A DNA stretch of 64,000 nt from Antedon mediterranea (taxonomy: Eukaryota > Animalia > Echinodermata), in NCBI RefSeq assembly GCF_964355755.1, contig NC_092670.1:5446201-5510200 (forward strand). The letters are read 5' to 3'. Under the pieces are notes generated by a model. That model worked only from the letters and a program-made list of their open reading frames with translations, did no database searches and was not told the DNA's origin. The stretch's first letter is position 1. Each line of letters begins with the position of its first letter. Shown piece by piece: positions 47,394-59,300 of this stretch. The position numbers were made by a program, and so were the translations under genes.

Positions 47394-50300
47394 ATGTGTT
47401 GTATGGCTACTATGGTGACTATCAACTGGTCATCATCAACTTCTATTAACATGTACAAATTATACTTGGTGCTTTCATTAGTTATTTTTTATAAACCAGG
47501 TAAGTGTTTGTTTATTTGTAAATAAACGATTATAATGTATAATTAAAAATATTAAATAAACACAATTACCGTTCTGGATTTCCTATAAATGTTCAACTTT
47601 GAATTAGGTAAATATTCATAAAAAATTAGTAAAATAATAAAAAGTGGTCTTTTTGCCTCCAAAATTGAATGGAGTTTTCTGTGACCAATCTATACACAGT
47701 TTAAATTTGGTAAAGATTTGTCTTTTAATTTAAATGTTATTCTGCTACAGTAAAACTAACACACACACAAACATACACAACAAATATTACAGACAAAAAG
47801 ATAGGCAAAGGTATGAAATAACAATTGGAAACGTCTAGTAGTGTAAAGGTGTGATAATATTAATTCTGTGCAAATGCAGTATAAAATATATTTTATTACA
47901 CTAATAATAATATAATTATAATAAAATAATAAAATAGACCTTTGTACACTATGAACAGAAAGTAAAAATGTTTTTTACTGCTAATGTGAAGAATGATCAG
48001 TGAATGAAAGCAAACTAATTTAATTCAATGTGCAGTACATTTTGAGAAGGGAAATTTGGAAGTTGTTTTTTTACCCACAACTTTTCAAATCACTAGCCAA
48101 GCACTAAGGTCGTGTTCGTACGGTGGTTAAAATAAGCGCTTAATTTCACCCATGCCTCGGGTTATAAATTGAGCGTTGTTCGTACTTGAAATATTTAACC
48201 GCTTAAATGCTTAATCGACGAATCACAAACCGGAAATTACGTTTTAAGGTCAGTTGTCTTTACAACCTACGACCCCATTTTCGCACGCTAGTTTCGTGTT
48301 GTATATTTTTTACTCGCGATCTTTCTTTACAATAACAATTACAGTACTTGCTACCTTTTACACTGCTTATCCTTGCGACAAACCTTATGCCTCTTAACGC
48401 CGATAATCCTGCCGAAATATGCCTTCTCCTGACGACCATTATTTTACTCATTGACGAAGAATTTGAGCCCAATGTTACACGACGGAAACACCACCGACCA
48501 GCGGCTCCCCGACCAGCTAGGCCTACTAAGCGGTCTACACCAACAAGGACAGCACCAGCTGACGATCGCTCTCGAAGCGTGTATGGAAGAGCTTCGTAGG
48601 AGAAATGACGGGCCTAGGCAGCGAACGTTTGTCAAAATTTGACACATTGCCTCTATCGGAGATTTATTATCCTCGAAGGCCGAGTATAATTGGATTATCG
48701 CTGAAATAACCTGCAAATTTGGTGAACATTTTACCTCGAATTTTTTGTAGCCTGAGGCAAAAGTTAATTGGGCCACGCGAACGGAAATCGGGAATAAGCT
48801 GGTATTTTCAACCCCTACGAACAGGCCCTTAGAGTACAGTACTACTGTAGCCCACTGGGTTTTATGCTTTACATGGCTAGTATATAGTGTTAAAGATTAA
48901 AAGAGTTGCCAGATGTTCTGTTCAACACAACACATTGGTCATGCACAATTTAATATAAATAATTGTCTTGGTGTACAATACAATTCAAAACAAATGGCTT
49001 AGTCAGATTTATTACTGCTGTAGGTTAGTATTAGTTTCAGAGCATATATAGATCACAATAATATGAATTTAAGTACTGTACTGTAAACATTTTACATGTG
49101 GGTGTTAGTGATTGTTGTCTTTGAATAAATACTGTACAGTCAATGTCAATACTGTCATTACATCACCTTGAGATAAACATCTGTGATATACCATTTTGTA
49201 CATTACACATTAATACTGTAGATTTAATGTGTAACTGCACAGGTCTACAGTACTGTACTGTCTGTTGACTGAGGGCCTGTTTCTGCTGAATACTGTAACT
49301 TCAAATAATGTTCACTTTGAGATTTACACTGTAAAAACAGATTTCTTCTGCATTTTGTTACCAAATTAATAGCATACTGTACGTTTTGAACTTTAGCTAA
49401 AGTTTAATAATAAAAAATAATAATTACTCTGCAATAATTACTTTGCACTCCTGAGGACGATCAAAGTACATTGATCGAAACGTCGAGAAACACTACAGTT
49501 CTTTTCAGAACTAATATACACCGCAAACTTTATATCAACATTCGATTTCGCCATGCAAACCTTCAAACAATATATTACTCTGCAATAAGCGACTTCGATA
49601 ACTAATCGGTTATTGTGTGTTTTTAATCATTATTTTGAGAATTTGTTACTGTTTTTCCTAAAACTTTAACAAAATATTTCACAGAATAAGATATTAAAGA
49701 CAACCGAAAAAATTGTGTGAAAGGGCCCAAAATAAGTTTGCAGGCAAACTTTAGATCTGATCATAGGCAGCACCCGTTTAAAAATTAAACAAATTTTAGA
49801 ATTCAAAATAAAGTTTTACCAAATTTTTGCAATTTTGTTTGGTTTCCTGCGAAAGAAATTGTAGGATTTAATTGTAGGTCTTAAATTGTTTATTTAAACT
49901 TCAAAAGATATGCTATCATTGATCAGTTAAAATAAATTAAAAATCACATGCAGTCAAACCTGATTGGGTTAGACATTTCCAAGTGCCTAGTTGTAAACAT
50001 GGACGACTGTAAATTAGATCTATGGTTGTAGTAAACAGTAAAGTTTAACATGTCATGTGTGTGAACGCACACTTGTGACTAATTCACGATTATATTGTGT
50101 TTACACTTGATATGTAAACAACCGAGTACTATTCTTTTACTATTTTAATCCATCATCTGTGTAAATTTGTGCACCATATTGTAGAATCATGACTTGATTT
50201 TGTAACAGCCATTCTTCCTTCAATAAAAGATTATTTTTGTCATAGGATACCAATAAATTATTGTATAAAATACTTTCAGTTATTTACAGTAGGACCTGTT

Positions 50301-53300
50301 CAGACTTACAGAGTTATGTTTTTGTATTGTACGTGGCGTACACAACTCCATAGAAACAGGAAAAGATTTGTTGTAGCCACTTCTTACGACACTGACCTTT
50401 CGTTCGTTATGACAGCTCAAGCTAAAAGAATAGTGTACAATGCTTACTGTATGATATGAAAGTCATGTATCAATGAGTTTGACCTCTAACCAATCAAATT
50501 TACTCTTGCATCAAATGTTTATTCCAAGCTGTTTTATACAAAGCGTTAGTTAATCATGTCTGAACAAAATGCAGTTACAGTAGATGCTAATTGTAATGTT
50601 TGCTTGTGATATGAAAGCATACCTTCATGGATCTGAATACTGTAATCAGATTTGCTTGTGTTTATTTAATTAACACGTTTGGGCACAATTCAAGGCCCTG
50701 GGTTCAAACCCTACCAAAAACCAATCTGTCTTTATTGTATTGTTTTTTTCTCATAAATATGCCAAACACCCACACAAGTTTTGAATGATGGGTTTTATAA
50801 CTTGTAATGACAAATCTAGAAAAAATAAAATCACAAATTATTTGTTCCATGAACTTCTAAGACTAGAGGGATGTTTTTAAAATTACATTTTGAGTTTTAA
50901 TAGTATGTTCTCACCTCAAAGATAAAAAGCCTATGTTGGTTTGTCCAGGTACTTAGCAGAACTCATAGACTACTACCAACACCACTTCTGGTGAAATTAT
51001 CAGTACTTTACTGAAAATTTAGCAATAATAAGCAATAAGCATCAATGTTGCACAAGTACAATGAGTGAAATCCCCCATTCATAACCCCACAATCTTTAGA
51101 TAAAGTAAGGTGATAAACGATTTCTTTAGAGTCCATTCAAACTGTATTGTGGTGAACTCTGATTTTAAATAGCCATGAATTCTATATTGATTGTTACTAA
51201 TCTGGCTATTGTTGTATTGCCGCCATTAAAGTAAAACTGGTGCATGGTTTGGACATTCTGTAGTTTTAAATCACTATCTCGAGAAATGCAGGTTTTAACA
51301 TGTTGAAGTCCTTTTAACTTAACTGTGTTGTATACATGTTTATAATTATATGTATTTTTACTTTTATTATTCATGGATGCATTGAGATATGATATGATAT
51401 AATATTTATGCCGCTGCATGTAACAGATGTGCAGTGAACTGTAAAGAAAACAGTTTATTCTCGCTAAATGTTCTGATGTTTGACTAGTTAAAATATTGAA
51501 TGAAAGTACAGATACCCTTTCCCCATACATACATTGTAAGGGTACAGAACTATACATACATTAGTGAAGAATATTACAGATACATTTGTAATGAAGTATA
51601 GTATCAATATTTTTAATATCAGTGATAAGGTATTGCAGTTCATGTGTCTATCTGTTTAAAACAAGAAATTTTAGGAATGAATTTGAGAATGAACTATACA
51701 CTTTTTTCAGGATCTGCACATTTGATTGATTGATTGAAATTGATTGATTGATTGATTGATTGAAATTTATATTTATACTGGGTAACCTCTTCAGTCAAAG
51801 ACTGGTCTCCCAGAGGGCCCAGTTGGTGACCAGTGTTTGTTTTATTTTGTTTGTTTTATCTTTATACTGGGTGACCTCTTCAGTCAAAGACTGATCTCCC
51901 AGAGGGCCCAGTTGGTGATCACTGGCTGTGATGTACTAATACACCGGGGTAACCCCCTACTCGTCTCGAAAGATGTACTAGGTTCTTTAAAGTGCACACG
52001 AGCAAGTTGTGTACACTGGACCTACGGTTTATAGTCCTTATCCGAGAAGACTCGTTCTACTGTACCACCAGAACCATGGAGTGAGTGAGCCTCGAACCCC
52101 TGCCGATGTTATGGCTACGTGATTACGGTTCCACTGTCTTAACCGCTCGGCCACTCACTCACTGTGGCTGTGATGTACTAATACACCGGGGTAACCCCCT
52201 ACTCGTCTCGAAAGATGTACTAGGTTCTTTAAAGTGCACACGAGCTAGATGTGTACACTGGACCTACGGTTTATAGTCCTTATCCGAGAAGACTCGTTCT
52301 ACCACCAGAACCATGGAGTGAGTGAGCCTCGAACCCCTGCCGATGTTATGGCTACGTAATTACGGTTCCACTGTCTTAACCGCTCGGCCACTCACTCACT
52401 CATTTTGTAATTTGCCAGTTATAGTATTCCAAAGTTTAAACTGTACTGTCTCCAAGTACAGTCTACAAAATTAGCAACGGTTCCCTTTCCTTGTTTTTGC
52501 TATGGACCATTTTGATGGTACCATTACCTACCACTCATTATGTTTCATAAAGATTTGCCTAAAACATTGACATAATGTAAACACTTTTAGTGTAGGGAGG
52601 CTATGTTGTGGTTTGGCAGATCCCTTTACTAATGTCTTATAAATTGCATACAACAAGCCATTATTACCTACATTACTGTACTAACTACACTGTACAAAGC
52701 AACGGTCAGTCAACGCCATATATGCATGGCGTATCGAATCCAACTCTTGCGCATTGCTTGTATCCTTAGGCAAGATACTTTACTTACGTTTGCTTCTCTC
52801 CACCCAGGTGTATAAATGGGAACCCGGTTAGATCAAGACACAATTGCACTGATTACTAGCTGCATTATGGGAGTATGTTTCCATACGTGTTTGATTTTTA
52901 AAAAAATGACTGGGGTAATAATGTTCAGTGCTTAGAGGTTTTACAACATTAGGCGCTATATAAGGACATTATTATTATTAATATTATATGTCATTCATTG
53001 ATAAATGTTTATTATGTACTTTTAACAGGTCCTGGACGAGGAGAATGTTCTGGAACCGAACCTTTAGCAGGCTATTCTCCAAAAGAAAGCAATTTAAATA
53101 CAATAATTAAGCAGCTGTCAGTTACCACAATGGATGAATGTATTACAGCGTGTTGTCAAGTTACGTCGTGCGATTTAGTTTGGATGTTGGACGGAGTTTG
53201 TTCTTCGGTAGCTTGCGCTTCGGTAGAGTCATGTGAGCCGGTTGAGGCTGCACCAAACCAAGTATCTATGATATCTGCTATTGAAAGAGAAAAGATAACA

Positions 53301-56300
53301 AGAGGTATTTCAATCATAGCTCAATAGCCGGTTTTTGTAACATTACAATCATAAATAACCTTATTTTTTGTATGCATAATTTGTTTAAGGTCTGCCCATT
53401 CATGGCCTAACTTAAGGTTCTTTGTAAATACTATGAAATATTATTATGTACAGTATTAATGTATTTATAAGCATTTAAATTTGCACATTGTGTTAAATTA
53501 GAGGTTAAGTCTACTTTTATTATTTTTACTTATGTCATGTTATTGTTAATATTAAAAATGTTTATTTGCCTGCCCATTTTGTACTTAGACATGTACACTG
53601 TATTTGTAAAAGGTTTACTTAAAATAGAGGCTTTATTTTTTATATTATCAAAAGAACTATACAAAATGTTCACAAAAAGAGTGAATACTGAATTACAATA
53701 CAAATGCATGCATGATTGAATTTTACTAACTAAAAGTTTCTCTGTGATAATGAACACTATTCCTACACAAGTAATGGTTTTTACATTTCATATAATTAAA
53801 TAAGCCTTGCTAGTCAATTATTAACAATCATATTGGATAAAGTTCTTGACTTTAAATCATAATCACTAGGTGTGCAATGAGGTCTATATTGATTAACCTT
53901 TGGAAACTGTGAAAATAACTCTTAAAATAATACAAATGTTAACTATTAGTATTATTTTAGAAACAGTAGTAAACAAGCTGACAAGCAGTATAGGCTACTC
54001 TATCTCAAATAAAGCTCCTAAATATAGTATACAGTATTTTTCTGCAAACAATGGAGCACAAAATCTTACTAAATAATTATATTTCGTGCCTACAGTAGCT
54101 TACAAGTTACATGGATAAACCGACAAATTCCATATTTTCTCGAAGAGCTAGATATACTCGGAAAATTAAGTAGAACATTCATTGAGCACCCCTCTCCATA
54201 AATGGTACAGTCCACATACCATGCCCTCAAGTGAGAGCATCCCCACAAACCAACATCATCATTTCTTTTCGAGAGTTTGTTGGTTTATCCATGGAGTAAT
54301 AATCCAGGTAAGCTAATTTATCCAGGTAAACTAGCAATTATAGACAACTAACACCATTTTAGGTTTGTGTAATTTATTGTTTTAGTGGACGTACTGTAGT
54401 ATACTGTAACTGTATGGTATGCTTTAATTTCAGAATCTTTGGAGGTAACGGGCAAACCTTGCAACGCCCGTCGACGGAACTCTTGTCCAATCAATGAAGT
54501 GTGCAATCATTCTAGTTCTTTTAAGGGCACTTGTGAGTGTAAAGAAGGATTTGCACGTGATAATGATGATAAGTGTATTGGTGAGAAAACAAAATCCATT
54601 AATAACATTTTTAGAGAATTTATGAAACTGAATGTAAATTAAACGTTATTTATCACAATTATAATTTATCCAGGTCCAGTACAAACCTCCCATTACGACC
54701 ACTCTTTAAAAAAAACTTTTTTTATTGTCTTTTCTATAAATCAGTTCTCTCAGCTGAACCTTTCGTAAATGGCCACCTCTCTCAGTAGACTTCTGTAGCT
54801 GCAGTAAATTAAATCACATTACTGCAGTAGTTCATACATTGTATACCTTTTTAAATTGTTTAGAGGTGTAATAAACTATTAAAGATAATGTAATCACAAA
54901 CCAAAATGACAAAATAAAATGTTTTTATTTTTAAGAAGCCATTTAATCATTATAACCCTAGTATTTAGGAGACACACAGGACCCAATTAAATTTCCCAAT
55001 AATAGGTGTAAAGCGTAGTGTTAACATATTTCTCCTCGTTCATTTAATGGAAAACTTCCCCCAGGGGGTGATGTACCCCTCCCCCGAATAGTAATGTCCC
55101 AAAAGAGTGGTTCTACTGTGACAATAATATATACAAATGTTATTAGTATTTTTTCATGAAAAATAATTTAGAATAATTGCACAATTTTAAACTCTTGTAT
55201 TCTGAAATAAATACCTACTCAATAGACTTTTTAATGCTAATATATTTTTGTCTTTGAAATAAAATAAATAATTTATACAACCTTATTTAACTTTAATACT
55301 ACTCTGAATCAGTATGAAATATTGAAATAGTCTCTGACTTATTACCAAAAAGGTCATGATGAGGTTGTTACTATTACAACAATATTTTAATTTTCCATGA
55401 CAGAAGAATACATGTAAATAATAAATGAGTTTAGAAAGCCAGTTTATAAATCAATATTTACACTGTAGTGTAATCCTAGCCATACTATTGCCAATGGTTT
55501 GAGACTCACTTACTCCAGGGTGCTGGTGGTCTAATGATTATTAAACTGTATGTTTTGTGTACACAACATGCTTGTGTGCGCAAGTCGTTCAAGACAAGTA
55601 GGGTGTACCCGGTTGTACTATAACTCACACTGCCACTGTTAGTGGACAGACGTAAGATGGCCTGAAGTGGCTCACTGACAAATGGACATTTTATTTTTCA
55701 AAACCAAATTAAAATGTTTTAAAATGTTGTTAAATAACGGGTGCCTTAACTGAGACTCAACATAGTAGAACCCTGATTACCGTCGGAACCCCCCAACAAA
55801 GTACACAGAACCAATGAGGTCTTTTAATGAAGGAATACCAATATTATTTTTTCATGATTCAGCTTCTGAAAATAGTGTCGTTGAATGTATAATTATGTTA
55901 TAAATATATTATACATTTGCATGTGTTTTTATTTTTTTTGCATGTGTTTAATTTTTTTTTGCGTGTGTTTTTATTTTTTTGCATGTGTTTTATTTTTTTT
56001 GCGTGTGTTTTTATTTTTTTTTGCATTTTTTTTTTTTTTGGCATGTTTTTTTTAATTCATAAAATCGTAATCGTAATCACCTTTTTTATAACATCTTTTT
56101 TGACAATTAAGTCATGTTTTCTAAATTGTTTGTTTTTAACTTTAAAATTCACTGCCTGAGTTTTTTTTCTATGCTTGCTGCATGCCTTTGATATCTTAAT
56201 TACTTCACCAGGGAATTGATATTCAGTAGTAATATTCTACCCCGTGACAGTTGTACGTTTCCAATCTCGTTTAACATTGAAAGTAATGATCATTTAGATA

Positions 56301-59300
56301 TATTAGCTTTCGTCTTGAATTTCTCAAACTTAAGCAGTATAATATCTATGTGTTTTGGAAACGTACTGTAGATAGCGTTTGCTTGTAAGACATACTAATG
56401 AACCATAAATCAGACATGACACAGTTAGATTTAGAATATACAGTGTAAACAAGCTGATGAGCAAATGTAGTTTACACACGTTCGTAGCATGCATAACTAC
56501 TACTGAATTGAAATATAATACGTGAAGTGACACAGTTTTTTTTTTCTCTTCGGTCACCTTACATTTAGAATCTTTATGTTCACTGATCAAAATTAAAATC
56601 AAAACTAATTTTACATCGTTTTTGTGTGCTGCGCCTCCTTTGTTTAAATTGGCTTGTTTTGATTTTTGCATAATTATTAACAAACAATCATTGTTATCAA
56701 TAATGTTTAAATTGAATTTTAATATTATATTAAAAAATAATGCAATCTTTAATTAAATTCCTATCTACGTTTAGCTAATGATAAGAATGAAAATTTAAAG
56801 CATCAAATAAAAAAAAATATATTAACTATTTTAACATTGAATTAGAAGGTTACATGTTGTTAATGCAATGTATAGGAATGATAAATTAATTTAGCTAACA
56901 AATTATCAGAACTTAAAATATTTTTTATCGTAATGCATCACATTTGCATATATACACTATTAACCAAATTTGCATTTTATTTGCATAATTATTAACCTGC
57001 ATTTTTTAATCTATTAAAATCTTGCATGAATAATAATGCATCATTTGCATCTCATTTGCATGTGATCATCTCATTACATCACCAGACTTGTGGCAAATTG
57101 ACTATACTAATTTGAATGAGGATTATTCAACTACAAATGAGGATGAAAATGTGGACGGACTGGCGGATTTTCTAGGAGGGAAATGTGATACCACCAGTGA
57201 TTGCAAACCCTACGAATACTGTGAACATTTTCTAAACATAGGTTTTTGCCTAAAATGCCAAGATAAATCATGTAATTCCATAGGAGGTTCCAACAAAGGT
57301 TGCCATTTTTGCTTTTCATTTCATAAATTTCAAAGTATAGCTGAAAAAACGTGTATGCATTAATACATTTTATGCATTTCCATGAAAATAGAAACATATT
57401 TTTACAATACACAGTAGGCCTACCATACTGATTCACATGCAAGCCTGCCTATGCTATCAAACCCTCTCCCAAAATGGTTTATGCATGTCACCCTATTATA
57501 GACTCTTTTTTTATGTTGAATAGTGGTACATAGTAAATCAGTATGGTACTGTAGGCTTTTGAGACCATAATATGAATGTGAAGGCATCATCAATGGCATG
57601 TGCTATGTTCATTTGCATTTTCTGTTGCATGATTTTTTTTAGCTTCTAAACTAAACTTGTTCTTGCTTTTATTTTAAATTATTTTTTTTTATCTACAAAG
57701 TTAACAAGTTTATTTACTAATATTTTTGTCTGAATTTTTTCTGTACAAACTTTTTATTTACAGAATCAGAGGAGATAACCACATCGGTAGATGTTATAAA
57801 TTTAAATGCTCCAGAGAAGGAAGATAACTCAACAAATTCTAGTAATGTAACAAATACTTTAAATAGTACAGCTTCACAGTCTTCTGTTCTGGGAAATAAT
57901 AGTGCAATTCACAACAACACCAATGCTTCCAGTGTTGCAAGTAGCCCTACAGATAAACCTGTTTTAATAACTACAAATGATACATCTGAAGATGAACATG
58001 GTAAGTTTTAAAATCAAATATCCTTAATTAAGTTAATTTTGTCGATTTGTATAGCGATTTTAACAGCAGATTGTCCTAAAACGTATAGAATAAAAGGAGA
58101 TTGAAAAGGAACACAGATTGTGTGTTTAATGGTTTTATAATCATAGAAATGGGAAGATTGTTCCTGAACAGCAGTTTGATGACTAAATAGGGCTAATGTG
58201 TGTTTGAACGTTGTTTACAACAATATACAAAGGCATAACAACAATACTGTGGTAAAAATAATTATTGAAATACTTGTAGATTTGCCAAAATTAGAGAAGA
58301 AAGGATACAATGCATCAACACCAGTCACACCTACTACGAATCAACCTAACCATGCAACCACAGTTGTACTTCCTACTACAGTAGCACCAAGTAAGATAAC
58401 CACCTGTATGCTAATTTATAATGATATGCATTTGTTACTGAAATTTATAGAAAATTGCATTGTATTATGCAAATTAATAGGGACTTTTCGATTTTAGTGA
58501 ACATGCAGAAGATCATGTCCACACGGGTTGTAGTTACCCAGATATATGAACGTTATTCAAATGATCCTATGATAATTTTGTTGTGCAAATTACATGTGCA
58601 GTGTAGTTTATGCTAATTATCTTTATGCTAATGAAATTTACATATATTCTAATTTGTTGTATAGTGAAATCATTAGCAGTTTCTGCTGGAGAAAACAAAG
58701 TCTTGCAACTTCCAGATCAGACCAGTGTTAGCATCTATGCCTTTGTCATTCCTGACAAGCCTCCGGAAGGATTAGAGTATAGTTTTGAATGGAACTTAAT
58801 TGAAAGTCCTGATGAGCACGGAGGAGAAATTACTGGCATGCACACTAACTCAATCACTCTAACTGGGGTAAGAAGATTATAAATAAGAACCACTCATGAC
58901 CTTCCAAGTAAATAATTGAAATAAATGACGTGAAGAACAGTTCTCTAGATCTGATACAACCAATCTTTATGGTTTGTTCATGACCTGGTCTTCTCTTTTC
59001 TCCCTGCCAGCCTTCCTCCACTTTCCACTGTCATTTCTATGTTCAATGAAAATTTTAATAACCCAACAAACCAACATTGCTACTTCTAGAGGGTGTTTAT
59101 CACCATTTCCCTGGTAACACATACCTTTAAATTATGAATAACTTTTAATGTCCTCTTTTTAATTAACTTGTTTTATTATTAAATTATTTTGCTTTTCTTG
59201 TAGTTGACTGCTGGTCTTTATATGTTTAAAGTTGAGGTCACGACTGGAAGGTCACAAGGTGAAGCCTTTGTCAATGTGACAGTTCTACCACCCCCTAGAG

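Noticed and set aside
50685-50725. GGTTCAAACCC B-box-like tRNA remnant
   Set aside because: No A box or cloverleaf; at most an old SINE scrap.
52315-52400. tRNA gene on the minus strand (and its twin at 52078-52160)
   Set aside because: A and B boxes are present but the anticodon and T arms pair poorly and it is fused to a SINE core; it is a SINE head.
54675-55100. Possible decayed pogo-like MITE (CAGTACAAACCTCC ... GGTTCTACTG)
   Set aside because: The termini are too degenerate and the TA target duplication is not intact.
55917-56159. Phe-rich membrane-protein-like ORF (also the poly-I/poly-L ORFs at 26962-27265)
   Set aside because: Translations of T-rich tandem repeats and a (TTA)n tail.
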